From an uncultured archaeon (GTDB lineage: Archaea; Asgardarchaeota; Lokiarchaeia; Sigyniarchaeales; SOKP01), in assembly GCA_964632315.1 (NCBI GenBank), contig CAZWEM010000004.1, forward strand, positions 98,758 through 162,757: 64,000 nucleotides of DNA, written 5' to 3'. Both the position numbers and the translations under genes were made by a program. Of this stretch, positions 48,771 through 59,431 are shown piece after piece; the stretch's first letter is position 1; every line of letters starts with the position of its first letter. Below the pieces are notes generated by a model. The model did no database searches. It saw only the letters and a program-made list of their open reading frames with translations, and had not been told where the DNA came from.

Positions 48771-49871
48771 TTATTCGAATTCAATGCCTCTTTGTTTTAC
48801 CCAATTCTTTAAAGATGATTCAATCACAACAGGAGTTTTAGCAAGTTCATTAATATCCTTACTTCCTGTTAAAAGCATTGTAATTTTTAGTTCATTCATT
48901 ATTTTCTCAATAAATTGATCAACTGATTCCTGTCCTTCTAAAGAGCCTATAAGAAATTGTCGAGCTATAGCGGCATAATTCGCTCCAAGTCTTAATGCTT
49001 TTGCTATATCAAATCCACTCCTTATTCCTCCACTCCCTATTACTTTAATTTTCGAAACATTGTTCTTGACTACAGAATTTACTTCAATAATACTTGCCGC
49101 AGTAGGGATGCCCCAATCCCAGAATAGCTTTCCAAGATCCATTCTAGATTGAGATTTTTGTTTCTTAGCTCTATAATATTCCACAGCAACCCAACTTGTT
49201 CCTCCCACTCCAGAAACATCAATTGCGTCAATACCGATCTCTACTAACTTTATGGCAACTTCTCTTGAAATTCCGCATCCCGTCTCTTTGATTATGATAG
49301 GGATAGAATATTGATTCTTGAGATCGTGAATTTTCTTTATAGCACCGGCAAATATTTTATCGCCTTCGGGTTGAATTACTTCTTGAATAACATTGAGATG
49401 TATTGCTAAAGCATCTGCATCAATATTTTTAATGAGTTCTTCTACATAATTAAAATTCTCTGAAGATGCAACTTGAGCAATTCCTATATTGCCTACGATT
49501 GGAATGCTAGGGGCGTTTTCTCGGACTGTAGAGAAAGTATCTTTTGTCTCAGGGTGTTTGAGAATTACTCTTTGACTTCCAACCATCATTGGGATTTTGT
49601 ATTTTTCAGCAGCTTTAGCAAGGAATATATTAATTTTTTTAGAAACTTCTGTCCCACCAGTCATTGCACCAATTATAATTGGAGCTGATATGGATTTCCC
49701 CAAAAAATCACAAGATAAAATAATGTCATCTAAATTTATCTCTGGTAATGAATTATGTACAAACTTGATATGTTCAAACCACGTCGATTCATTACTTTCC
49801 ACATTCTTCGTGCTCGTAAGTAAAATGTGCTCATCTTTTCTATCTTTTATGGGAATTTTAGATATATCCAT
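48771..49871 (-). CDS. fni: Type 2 isopentenyl-diphosphate isomerase (FMN-dependent)
   Basis: RKDEHI, AMTGG, GSQR, HLN..QE..QPEGD, KETGCG, GGTSW. Confidence 0.95.
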   Translation of the reverse strand: MDISKIPIKDRKDEHILLTSTKNVESNESTWFEHIKFVHNSLPEINLDDIILSCDFLGKSISAPIIIGAMTGGTEVSKKINIFLAKAAEKYKIPMMVGSQRVILKHPETKDTFSTVRENAPSIPIVGNIGIAQVASSENFNYVEELIKNIDADALAIHLNVIQEVIQPEGDKIFAGAIKKIHDLKNQYSIPIIIKETGCGISREVAIKLVEIGIDAIDVSGVGGTSWVAVEYYRAKKQKSQSRMDLGKLFWDWGIPTAASIIEVNSVVKNNVSKIKVIGSGGIRSGFDIAKALRLGANYAAIARQFLIGSLEGQESVDQFIEKIMNELKITMLLTGSKDINELAKTPVVIESSLKNWVKQRGIEFE

Positions 49872-49981
49872 CTTTACACCTCAATTACTAAAACTTTGTC
49901 TAAAGAAGTTACAGTAACACTTTTTTATAAAATTAGAGATTTTACCTCTTTCAAATTTAAAGCATTAAATTTTACTATCAT

Positions 49982-50950
49982 TTATTTCGTGGTTATTGCC
50001 CCATTCTTGTCTTGTGTAGTTAAGAAATTCCAATATCCTTGAGATTTGAATATTTTTGCAATTTTTTTCAACTCCTTTTCTTCTCCAAGAGTAATTACAC
50101 ATCCTCCGAGTCCGGCACCTGTCAATTTTGAGCCATAAGCACCATTTTTTAGTGCGATTTCATTAATTTTATCTATTGTCTCATTAGAAACATTAAGTTG
50201 AGATAATAAATCTTGATTAAAATTCATCAATTTCCCGACTTCTTCATAATTTCCACTTACCAACTCGAGCTCGGCGATTTCTGTATAAAATCCAATTTTA
50301 TCCACAATTGAGTCAAATAAGTGAGATTTTTCATCTTTAAGTCTTTTTACATTAGATATAACTTCTTTGGTATCATGTTCTTGATTTGTATAAGTGATTA
50401 ATACCTGAAAATCATCGGGAGGGTAAACAATATGGAATGGTTTTCCCTTTTGATAAAAAAGTATGTTTCCATACAAGCATGTGGTGTGGTCAATACCCGA
50501 GGGATTACCGTGCGTAATTTTTTCCATTTCTAGGGCAAAATTAAATATATCTGCTTTCTTTAAGTTTAAACCATAAAATTCACTCACGGCGCTTATTAAG
50601 GCAATGGATGTGGAAGCTGAAGAGCCTAAACCGGCATTTGGAATTATATCTGAAGAAAGTTCTATTCTTATGTCTTTTATTTCAATGTCAAATTTATTTC
50701 CGAGAGAATTTAATCCCAAAATAAACTGTGAATAGTTGGATGGAATTTTTTGTTCTATATCTACCAGATTACTTCCTTCATATTTTTTATTAATGGTCTT
50801 AAAATTAAGTTCAATTGAATTAAGTTTATTTTCTTCTACAATACAAGTTGAATTTAATGGGATTGCCATGCTGATTGAGGGAAATCCATAAACTACTGCG
50901 TGTTCTCCAAATAGGATGCACTTTCCTGGAACTTTTGAAGTTACTCTCAT
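49982..50950 (-). CDS. mvk: Mevalonate kinase
   Basis: PGKCILFGEHAVVYG, GLGSSA, HGNPSGID, KLTGAGLGG. Confidence 0.95.
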   Translation of the reverse strand: MRVTSKVPGKCILFGEHAVVYGFPSISMAIPLNSTCIVEENKLNSIELNFKTINKKYEGSNLVDIEQKIPSNYSQFILGLNSLGNKFDIEIKDIRIELSSDIIPNAGLGSSASTSIALISAVSEFYGLNLKKADIFNFALEMEKITHGNPSGIDHTTCLYGNILFYQKGKPFHIVYPPDDFQVLITYTNQEHDTKEVISNVKRLKDEKSHLFDSIVDKIGFYTEIAELELVSGNYEEVGKLMNFNQDLLSQLNVSNETIDKINEIALKNGAYGSKLTGAGLGGCVITLGEEKELKKIAKIFKSQGYWNFLTTQDKNGAITTK

Positions 50951-51069
50951 AATTTTAATTGATTTACATGATCATTTTAAAGCAGAGCGATTTCAATATT
51001 TTTAATAATTAATTTATTATAATTTTAATTAAATAAGGTTTAGAGTTATAATAAATAGGTATTTTTTAT

Positions 51070-51618
51070 ATGTTAATTGCGATTACTGGAGCTTCAGGAA
51101 TAGATCTTGCCGTGAAATTATTAGAAAACCTTCATGAAAATGGAATTCAACTTGAATTGATAATTTCAAAATTAGCACAACAAGTAATTAAAATTGAATC
51201 AAATTACGAAAAAAGCTATATTGAAAATCTAGCAGATAAAATGTATGATGTCGAGGATTTAACAGCAGAACCTTCTAGTGGTTCATACCTCATTGATACA
51301 ATGATTATTATACCATGTTCAATGAAAACATTGGCAGCAATAGCAAATGGATATGCTGAAAATTTAATAGCAAGAGCTGCAGATGTGATGATAAAAGAAA
51401 ATAGGAGGCTTCTTTTAGCTGTCAGAGAAAGCCCCTTTAGTGCGATTCATCTAGAGAACATGCTTAAGTTAGCAAGGTTAGGCGTCATTATCGCACCTCC
51501 TATTCCTTCTTATTACTATAATCCTAAAAGTATCGAAGATCTAAATAATCATATCGTAGGACGCATGTTAGATCAACTCGGTATCAAGAGTGATATAAAA
51601 CGCTGGGGAAATATTTAA
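51070..51618 (+). CDS. ubiX: Flavin prenyltransferase UbiX
   Basis: ITGASG, SSGS, PCSMKTLA, RAADV..KE, RESP. Confidence 0.95.
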   Translation: MLIAITGASGIDLAVKLLENLHENGIQLELIISKLAQQVIKIESNYEKSYIENLADKMYDVEDLTAEPSSGSYLIDTMIIIPCSMKTLAAIANGYAENLIARAADVMIKENRRLLLAVRESPFSAIHLENMLKLARLGVIIAPPIPSYYYNPKSIEDLNNHIVGRMLDQLGIKSDIKRWGNI

Positions 51619-51663
51619 CCACCTAGACTAAATATAGGAACTGGTACTTTTTTTAATACATCT

Positions 51664-52062
51664 TCATGTTTTTTTATCAATAGTTATATAACCTTCAGTT
51701 CCATTGACAGCTACCAAATCGTTAGATCTAATTTTTTTAATATCAATTTTATCAATGCAAGGAATTTCACTAATAATGCATCCGACTGCTATGACCGTGT
51801 CGATTTTTTCATTAACAATTGCGGCTGGGGCAGTTTTATTTTTCATCATTCTATACATTGTGTAAGATCCGACAGTGGAACCTTTCCCCATAGGGAAAAC
51901 TAAAACTTTTCCGGTAATTGATTGACCTTCCAATTCATGACCTACTTCAACAATTTTGCCCGTATTAGGATCTACACCACCATAGAATGAAATCCCTTCT
52001 CTTGTTACAAGTGCTTCAGCTTTTACCATACCTTTATATATTTTCCTTCCTAATAATTTCAT
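51664..52062 (-). CDS. Phosphomevalonate dehydratase small subunit (aconitase X swivel, DUF126)
   Basis: ISFYGGVDP.TG, GKGSTVGSY. Confidence 0.92.
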   Translation of the reverse strand: MKLLGRKIYKGMVKAEALVTREGISFYGGVDPNTGKIVEVGHELEGQSITGKVLVFPMGKGSTVGSYTMYRMMKNKTAPAAIVNEKIDTVIAVGCIISEIPCIDKIDIKKIRSNDLVAVNGTEGYITIDKKT

Positions 52063-53252
52063 TTTATAGCTTCCTCAACACATTCTTCCAAATTTCCAAT
52101 ACGAACTTTAAAATTGTTTTTTGCTCTGCCATAGTAACATGCTTTTGCTGAATCCACCATCATTCCTTTAAAACGTTCTTTAATTGGAGCAACTACACAA
52201 CATGTATCAGCAGCAAACTTAGCTCCAGCATCCTCAATTATTTTAGAATAACCTGCATTATCGGCTAGTTTTTTAGTAGGACGAGCCGTAGTTATCCAAA
52301 ACTCTTTTTTAACTTTTTTTCCTCTTAATAGTGTTGCGATTGTGGCAATTTCGTTTATGGTTGCATGAGGACATCCAATGCTTACAAAGTCAATTTCACT
52401 AAAATCATCAATTAACTCAGAACGAGCCTTTAACATATCCTCTTTGCTAATTTCAACACTACTTTCATTAGGCTTAGAATATTCGTTCCATTCAGGAGTA
52501 ATCCTTTCCATATGGAATAACGCAACGCCACCATAAGTCGCAATTGAAGCACAAAAAGCTTTTAACTCTTCTACTGAGGCATCAGATATCCCAGCAATGT
52601 AAGGGACTTTTTTTCCAATCTCTACCAATTTATTTCCAATTAGTTTTCCTAATACTCCAAATTGATCTGTTCCTGTAACATTAGTTTTAATCTTAAAAAG
52701 AATTTCTCCGTGACGGTTAGAATCTTTATGATACCCATAATTAGGTGTTTTCCCTGTGATTGCAGAGGCAAGGGCACTTGGCCCTCCCTCTCGATTAGTT
52801 CGAGCACCAATAACTGAATTTGCATAACAAACAGCACTGCTTTCGGCCCATGCTATATGTTCTCCATAGTGAGGGGTGTTCCCGATTAGATACGGTGTAC
52901 AAGAACAAGTAGTGATTATTCCCATCTTGGCAAAAGCATCAATGACTCGATTTTGATTCTTAACAAAATCCGCATCAATTCCTAGTGCTTGCCAATTTTC
53001 TCTATCCATTCCCGCAGGATTTAAAGTAGTTAATACTCTAACCTTTCCGTCTTCGGCTAATTCATTTAGAAATTCCAGTCCAGCTTCTCCAAGATTAGCA
53101 TAAGACACTCCAGCTACTTGAACCCCATAAACTTTAACCATTGAATCTGCTTCAAAGATTTCCCCGAGAGTTGTTAAAATTTCCATTGATTTCTTTGCAG
53201 CCTTCCCAAATTTTCCATCTAACATTTCTTGCTCTTCAGGAGTTAGATCCAA
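52059..53252 (-). CDS. Phosphomevalonate dehydratase large subunit (aconitase X, DUF521)
   Basis: GVSY, TTLNP, CSCTPY, WAESSA, GARTNREG, GCPH, DTC.VV, SAK. Confidence 0.93.
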   Translation of the reverse strand: MDLTPEEQEMLDGKFGKAAKKSMEILTTLGEIFEADSMVKVYGVQVAGVSYANLGEAGLEFLNELAEDGKVRVLTTLNPAGMDRENWQALGIDADFVKNQNRVIDAFAKMGIITTCSCTPYLIGNTPHYGEHIAWAESSAVCYANSVIGARTNREGGPSALASAITGKTPNYGYHKDSNRHGEILFKIKTNVTGTDQFGVLGKLIGNKLVEIGKKVPYIAGISDASVEELKAFCASIATYGGVALFHMERITPEWNEYSKPNESSVEISKEDMLKARSELIDDFSEIDFVSIGCPHATINEIATIATLLRGKKVKKEFWITTARPTKKLADNAGYSKIIEDAGAKFAADTCCVVAPIKERFKGMMVDSAKACYYGRAKNNFKVRIGNLEECVEEAIK

Positions 53253-53266
53253 TTAAAATCACTTCC

Positions 53267-54571
53267 TTACTCAAAATATCTTTTCAAATCTACCTTGGGA
53301 AACTCTGCTATATCAAAACTCTTTCCTTTAGCGAATAATGGTTTAGTTAAATCGAAACCCATTTTCGTTGTCATCTTCGTACCAGGTTCTGCACTTGGAT
53401 CCAAACTGCTTCCGGGCTCTCTATCTTTTATAACTAAATTCTTATCTCCTTGAAATCTAGTGGCCATTGCCCATTCTACAGAATTGGGATCGTAAATATT
53501 AATGTCTTTATCGACAATAAAAACGTGCTTACAACTCGTATGGCCCTTAAAAGTTCCTTTAATCGCTTTTTTACCGTCTTCTTCATTTCTTTTATCAATT
53601 TGGACTATTGCATGTAACCATGAACAACCTCCAGGATTTACGTTAACATCAAGGCACTTAACCCCTTGTTCAGTCACTTTCTTAAAAATAGTCGGTTCTC
53701 GGGGCATTCCCATTAATATTTTATGCTCTAATGCTCCGGGTAATAAAGCTTGCCAAATTGCGTCCTTTCTATGAGTTATTTTTTTTACTTCAAAAACTGG
53801 TTCTTCCCTAATTGTATCATAGGTCTCAGTAAGATCCACAAAAGGACCTTCAACATGCCTTTCATTTAAGTAAACCTTTCCCTCTAGTATAAATTCGGCT
53901 TCCGCAGGAATATGAAGATCAACTGAAGTAGCTTTAACGATTTTTACAGATTCTAAAGCATTTGCAATGTTTAACTCATCCACTCCAATTTCAACTGATG
54001 TTGCTCCAGCAATCATAATATTTGGCGTGTTTCCAATGCAAAAAGCGACCTCAAGTTCATCATTTCTTTCTAAAAATGTGTGAAAGTCACGTCCTCTCAC
54101 GATTCTCGTGGAGAATTTATTCCTCGAAAACTGCATAGCTCGATGAAAATCTAAATTTTGACCATATTCCGGATCTCTCGTAACGACCACAGCAGAACTA
54201 ATATAATTTCCACCATCGTTCTCACAATGAAATAAAATGGGTAATTTATCTAAATCCACGTTTGGTTCTATTATCTCTTGACACTGAGCATTAGTTATCA
54301 ATTCCGGTTCAGAGCGTTCAATGATTGCTTTACTTAACAATTGAATGAGATCTGCGGGACTTACCCCAAAATAGGAAGCGATAACATCCTTAGTACAAAA
54401 TAAATTACCAGCGACTCGAAATTCGGATTCTTTAATATTGTTAAAAATTACTGGCGTAGGTTCCATTTTTTTTAAAATGCTGGAGATTTCTAACCTCTTA
54501 GAAACCTCGATATCGACATTTCGAAGTTTCTTATCATTGTCTAACTTTTCAATATAATCACGGAATGTCAT
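53267..54571 (-). CDS. UbiD-family trans-anhydromevalonate phosphate decarboxylase
   Basis: EGPFVDLTETYD, EH..LMG.PREP, VEWAMATRFQ, SSLDPS; operonic with the AcnX genes and next to ubiX. Confidence 0.92.
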   Translation of the reverse strand: MTFRDYIEKLDNDKKLRNVDIEVSKRLEISSILKKMEPTPVIFNNIKESEFRVAGNLFCTKDVIASYFGVSPADLIQLLSKAIIERSEPELITNAQCQEIIEPNVDLDKLPILFHCENDGGNYISSAVVVTRDPEYGQNLDFHRAMQFSRNKFSTRIVRGRDFHTFLERNDELEVAFCIGNTPNIMIAGATSVEIGVDELNIANALESVKIVKATSVDLHIPAEAEFILEGKVYLNERHVEGPFVDLTETYDTIREEPVFEVKKITHRKDAIWQALLPGALEHKILMGMPREPTIFKKVTEQGVKCLDVNVNPGGCSWLHAIVQIDKRNEEDGKKAIKGTFKGHTSCKHVFIVDKDINIYDPNSVEWAMATRFQGDKNLVIKDREPGSSLDPSAEPGTKMTTKMGFDLTKPLFAKGKSFDIAEFPKVDLKRYFE

Positions 54572-54714
54572 GATTTATATCTCATTTCTCTACAATTATT
54601 TGTTTGAAAACTAAGAGGAAAATTTCTCATTATAAATATACTTTCTCTAGATTATTTAAGATAGTTAAATAGGTTGCAATTAATCATGGATTATAACGAA
54701 ATTAGAAAAATGAT

Positions 54715-56343
54715 TTAATATACTACATAAGTTGGGATATAAACGGGCGTCCAGTTCAACAAACCAATAGCATTTGGGTTCGTTTCATCTTTGTTTTCAA
54801 TACGACGTATTTCATATTCTAATAATGTTCCTTTGGACACGTCTCCAGTGACTCTTACCAAACCCTTAGTAAGATGACTTAAATCTCCGTTATTTGCTTG
54901 AGAGACTGGCTTTGACTTTAAAACCGCAAAAAGTGGGAAGAACATTTCATGAAACCCAGTATGGCCTTTGGGACATCTATTTAATCCAGGTATGTTTGGA
55001 ATAAGACAGCCCTTATCACAGAAATGAAGCGTAAACCCTCGATGATGATTCATTTCATGTTCCGTAATCTCCCCTAACATGGTTTTAGGAAGGACTTTAC
55101 CCAATTTAAGCTCTTCATATTCTCCTACACTTTTGCGTTCCTTATTCTTAATGAAATCACTAATCTTTGGGGGGTTAGCCACTACTTGCTTAAATCCATC
55201 TTGAATCTTCAGTAATCCTGAGATGCAGGTGGCACCAGAACCATATGAGCCGAAATATATAGTATCATTGGGTCGTGCATATTCTTCCATAATATATTCG
55301 ACTTGCGCCCAGACAGAAGCATTATACATATTTCCAAAGTGAGAGGGGACTCTCAATTGCGGAAGAAGCATACCCTTAACATTACTAATGAGCTTATAAG
55401 AAAGATTTTCAAGTGCTTCGGAAGAATACCCGCGCTCTTTTAACTTTAAGTACAACCATTCGGGTAAAATTGTAAGATCGTGCATGAAGTAATCTAATTT
55501 TTTAAGTAATGATGAAGTAACTTGCCCTTTTTTTAATCTTGGAAGGTTATTAATGTGTTTGATCCAACGCTTTTGAATAATCTGTTGCATTATTTTAATT
55601 GGGAGTTTGGAGAAAGGAGCATGAAAAGCGTAGAAATCGGCGTGAAAATCTCCTATATTCTTAGTTAAATCATCATAAGCTCTCATTTGAAAATCTAGAT
55701 ATGTATCAACCGAATAATGACCAAATGCCTTGGCATTCTTATCATAAGCTGGTCTAAAAAAATCATCGACATTTCCCGAAACTTTCCCAAATTTTTCGCT
55801 GAAAGTAGCGATCCTCGGGTTTTTAGATATCACTAACGCGACAGCACCCGAACCTTGAGTGGGTTCACTTGAACTACCTATGTGATATGAGGAAATGTCC
55901 GCGCTTATAACTAATGCACGATTAATCACTTCTTTTTCGATTAGAGCAATAGCATTAAGTAATGCTAAGGTTCCGCCAGCGCAGGCATTATATGTATCCA
56001 TCGTAAGAGCGTTAGGAGAGATGCTCAGTAATTCCGCAAATATATTTGAGACTGACTTTACTGCATACGTTATTGTTTCTGTTCCAACAAATAAAGCATC
56101 AATTTTTTTAGGAGAGATTTTACCTTTTTGCAGGGCATTATACCCTGCTTTTAATCCAATGGAGATAATATCTTCATCCACTTCAGGTACTCGCATTTCT
56201 ATAGACATTAATCCCTTCTTGTATTTATCTGGGTCAACTTTCCGTTCATTGGCAAGATCCTTTAATTTCAAATAATACCTTGGAGCGTGAAATCCTACAG
56301 AATCAATTCCAATGTCAGAAAACAAAAAATCATTACTAATCAT
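54715..56343 (-). CDS. mvaS: HMG-CoA synthase with a fused C-terminal DUF35-like (zinc ribbon + OB-fold) domain
   Basis: GTET (Glu), NACAGG (Cys), EPTQG.GAVA, FHAPF (His), GNMY, SYGSG; tail CDKGC..CPKGH..GTLLEYEIRRI..GLLNW..Y.P. Confidence 0.88.
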   Translation of the reverse strand: MISNDFLFSDIGIDSVGFHAPRYYLKLKDLANERKVDPDKYKKGLMSIEMRVPEVDEDIISIGLKAGYNALQKGKISPKKIDALFVGTETITYAVKSVSNIFAELLSISPNALTMDTYNACAGGTLALLNAIALIEKEVINRALVISADISSYHIGSSSEPTQGSGAVALVISKNPRIATFSEKFGKVSGNVDDFFRPAYDKNAKAFGHYSVDTYLDFQMRAYDDLTKNIGDFHADFYAFHAPFSKLPIKIMQQIIQKRWIKHINNLPRLKKGQVTSSLLKKLDYFMHDLTILPEWLYLKLKERGYSSEALENLSYKLISNVKGMLLPQLRVPSHFGNMYNASVWAQVEYIMEEYARPNDTIYFGSYGSGATCISGLLKIQDGFKQVVANPPKISDFIKNKERKSVGEYEELKLGKVLPKTMLGEITEHEMNHHRGFTLHFCDKGCLIPNIPGLNRCPKGHTGFHEMFFPLFAVLKSKPVSQANNGDLSHLTKGLVRVTGDVSKGTLLEYEIRRIENKDETNPNAIGLLNWTPVYIPTYVVY

Positions 56344-56710
56344 TAGATATTTTCACATTTACTTCGCATATTGAGCATTATATACAATATCAGCTTACAT
56401 ATTGTAATTTTTATTTATTCAAAAACTTATCTAGTTAAATATTAAATTCTCAAGCGATTAATCACTATATAATTATTACCCACGATCTAATATTATCAAC
56501 CGTTCATAATATTAAATGTGGTAAAGTTTTATGATTTTAATTGGAATCGTTTTATCGAATTAAATTTCTCATCATTTAACCTTATATTATATAAAACTCG
56601 GAGAATAGAATGCGTACTGATAATACAGAATGGGTATTTAAAAATCAAAATTTATATTATAAATCTTCATATTCTTAATTGTAGGATTCAATAAATGAAA
56701 TTGATAAATC

Positions 56711-57436
56711 GTGGAAAAATTACATTCTTTACCTTCAGGTGAATTACCTAAACACGTTGGGTTAATTCTCGATGGAAATCGTAGATGGGCTAAAAAAAAT
56801 CTACTTAATGTGAATGTAGGTCATCTTATTGGCTATAAAAATCTGAAGGAAAGGTTATTTGATTTCTTCGATGCTGGAATTCATTACTTAAGTATTTATG
56901 CGTTATCTTGCGAAAATGTGAGGAAAAGATGTGATGAAGAAATTGAATACATTTTCGGAATAATATTAGATGCTGTTGATACTGTTATTAAAGAATCCAT
57001 AGTAAAGGAAGAACGTGTAAACTTCAACGTGATTGGACGAACTTACTTATTACCTGCTTCCGTTCAGGCAAAAATAAAAGAGTTAATTGACTATACACGT
57101 AAGAATAGTAAAAATTTTATCAATTTATGCATCATGTATGATGGACAAGATGAAATTGTTGATGCAGTTAAAGCTATCGTCTCCAATAATGTGCGTGTCG
57201 ATAATATTGATAAAAAAGTTATCAAGAGTCACCTATATACGTGTAATTTTCCTGAAGTGGATTATATTATAAGAACTGGTATGGAAGACGGAGCAAGAAT
57301 CTCGGGGTTTTTGTTATGGGATGCTTCCTATGCAGAATTTAAGTTTAGAACCGATTTATGGCCAGATTACAATCAAGAGATGGTATATGAAGATTTATTG
57401 GAATATACCAAAAGAAATAGGCGAAAAGGAAAATAA
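56711..57436 (+). CDS. uppS: cis-prenyltransferase (undecaprenyl/dolichol-type polyprenyl diphosphate synthase)
   Basis: HVGLILDGNRRWA, IRTG..RISGFLLW, C-terminal RKG. Confidence 0.93.
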   Translation: MEKLHSLPSGELPKHVGLILDGNRRWAKKNLLNVNVGHLIGYKNLKERLFDFFDAGIHYLSIYALSCENVRKRCDEEIEYIFGIILDAVDTVIKESIVKEERVNFNVIGRTYLLPASVQAKIKELIDYTRKNSKNFINLCIMYDGQDEIVDAVKAIVSNNVRVDNIDKKVIKSHLYTCNFPEVDYIIRTGMEDGARISGFLLWDASYAEFKFRTDLWPDYNQEMVYEDLLEYTKRNRRKGK

Positions 57437-57570
57437 ATCGGTTTCAATAAATTTAAAACTAATTATTTTTATGATGATGTTAATTAAACCAGATTGATAG
57501 CAAGGCATAATTACTAAAGATTAATTTTCATGCTTAATTTATAATTCCAAAAGGTCCTTAGAGCGACATA

Positions 57571-59409
57571 TTGATGGTGGATACAGAAAATCCAATATCT
57601 TTGACAGTAACCAAATTTCCTCATAACTTGATCATTCCTAACATTATTAATAGCGTTACAATGCAAATTAGAAATAATCTTAATCAAGAAGCAGAATATA
57701 AATTTGCCTTTGAGGGTGAAAATCTTAAAGTTGATTTGAAATCAGATGAATTCTCAAGTAAAGTTAAGTTTGGACCAAATGAAACAAAGAATGTAAATTT
57801 GTATCTTAGTCCACTCAATGATGGTATTGGGAAATTAATTATTAATGCATACTGGTTAAAGCTTGTCGAGCAGAAAGTAAAAGTCCAAAAATTAAGAGAA
57901 AGCGTTTCAACTAAAAAGATTAAGAAAATTTTAGGGGATAAAAAAATTATACCGCCGATTTTAGCAGATTTTGATGCAAAAGAGTTTTTTAATTCCACTC
58001 TAAAATCTGATATTAAAAAACTTGAAAAAAACATCAAGAACTTGAGAAATGAATTAATAGAGGCTGGTGAAGAATCTAAAAAGAACCAAGAAATTGATTT
58101 AAATAACAACCTTAAGGAATTGGCAAGATCATATCTCTCTATAAGGGAATTCAATAAAGCTTTAGAAACTGCTTTAGAAATTTCCGATGAAAAGGAACAG
58201 TTGTCTTTATATTATAATTTGATTAGGGCTTATTCGGTTATTAGTTTTGAAGAATGTATGCAGACAGTTGCAGAATTAAAAGATAAGAATATAAAATTTA
58301 ATTTAATAAAGGATTTGGCAATTGATTTCGCGTTAGTAGATTTGGAGAAAATTGATTCAATTTTAAATTTAGTAGAAGATGGCTCATTTAAATTAAAAAT
58401 TATTATCGATGTCATCGGAAAGATTGCACCGAAAAACATTGAAATGGCGTTAAAATTATTCAATTATGTCCCTGATGAAACTTTAAAACTCAAAATTTTA
58501 TTTAATTTCATTCAAATGCTCTATGAGAATCAAAAAAAAGAGGAAATCCCTGAAATAGTTAAACTTATAAAAGAACTTGTCATAGATCCCCAAAATCACA
58601 CATTAATTGAAACAAATTCTCAAAATTTAGCATATAATTATTTGAAAGATGCAATTTATGTGCTTGCAGATGTGAAAAGTCCAGAATTTGCAGATTCTAC
58701 AATCAAGAATATTGCAAGAAAAGAAATAAGAGATAAATTAGAAATAGATTTGTTTGATGATCTTTATGTAATGGTTGACGAAGTGAGGACAAAACTTGAA
58801 CCAACTTTAATTTTCTCTCAATATTATAGTTTGAATACTTATAATTCTAAAATCTCTAGTGAGCTCCAAAATTTTGCATCTCTGGGTGGAAATGTGAGCA
58901 ATAATTTATTAACGGGTAATTTTGATTTCAATTTTGCATTAGTCTCTTTATTTAGTTTGAACTTTAGCATTTTCCCTTTTATTGACCGAATCTATTCTGA
59001 ATTTAATCATCACAAAAAACAGTCTTTTGCCTATTATATCTACCCTACAATCAATAATCACGATGAGGAAGAGCAAAGAGTCATGAAAAGAACACTGAGC
59101 CAGTTTTTTCCCTCGAGTAGATTTCCCTCTCATCTTATAATCTTCAATTTAGATTTTATTCCTTATCTGGGTCAACCGACTATAATTCTTTCGGGAGAAT
59201 CTGATAAGATTAAATTAAAAGTACAAGGTAACCTAGGTAACAAAGCCAACATTTTAATTGATCAAGAGATGTTTAAAGGTGGAAAATCTACAGTATTCTT
59301 AAGAGGAATATTTCAATCACCTAATATTGAAGTAATTAACCTAGTATTATCTTATGAGTTTATTAACGACTATAATATATTCAAAGAATTTTTAGAGTCA
59401 TTAACCTGA
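57571..59409 (+). CDS. Hypothetical protein: Ig-like N-terminus, helical-repeat middle, alpha/beta C-terminus
   Basis: 612-aa ORF; the domain layout is inferred from residue patterns only. Confidence 0.65.
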   Translation: MMVDTENPISLTVTKFPHNLIIPNIINSVTMQIRNNLNQEAEYKFAFEGENLKVDLKSDEFSSKVKFGPNETKNVNLYLSPLNDGIGKLIINAYWLKLVEQKVKVQKLRESVSTKKIKKILGDKKIIPPILADFDAKEFFNSTLKSDIKKLEKNIKNLRNELIEAGEESKKNQEIDLNNNLKELARSYLSIREFNKALETALEISDEKEQLSLYYNLIRAYSVISFEECMQTVAELKDKNIKFNLIKDLAIDFALVDLEKIDSILNLVEDGSFKLKIIIDVIGKIAPKNIEMALKLFNYVPDETLKLKILFNFIQMLYENQKKEEIPEIVKLIKELVIDPQNHTLIETNSQNLAYNYLKDAIYVLADVKSPEFADSTIKNIARKEIRDKLEIDLFDDLYVMVDEVRTKLEPTLIFSQYYSLNTYNSKISSELQNFASLGGNVSNNLLTGNFDFNFALVSLFSLNFSIFPFIDRIYSEFNHHKKQSFAYYIYPTINNHDEEEQRVMKRTLSQFFPSSRFPSHLIIFNLDFIPYLGQPTIILSGESDKIKLKVQGNLGNKANILIDQEMFKGGKSTVFLRGIFQSPNIEVINLVLSYEFINDYNIFKEFLESLT

Positions 59410-59431
59410 CAAAATTAATGTGTTGATACAT

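Noticed and set aside
32948-56559. Identical 14-mer ATCGTTTTATCGAA in two intergenic regions (32948-32961 and 56546-56559)
   Set aside because: There are only two copies, and shared 14-mers are expected by chance in AT-rich DNA of this length. The flanking genes have no functional link.
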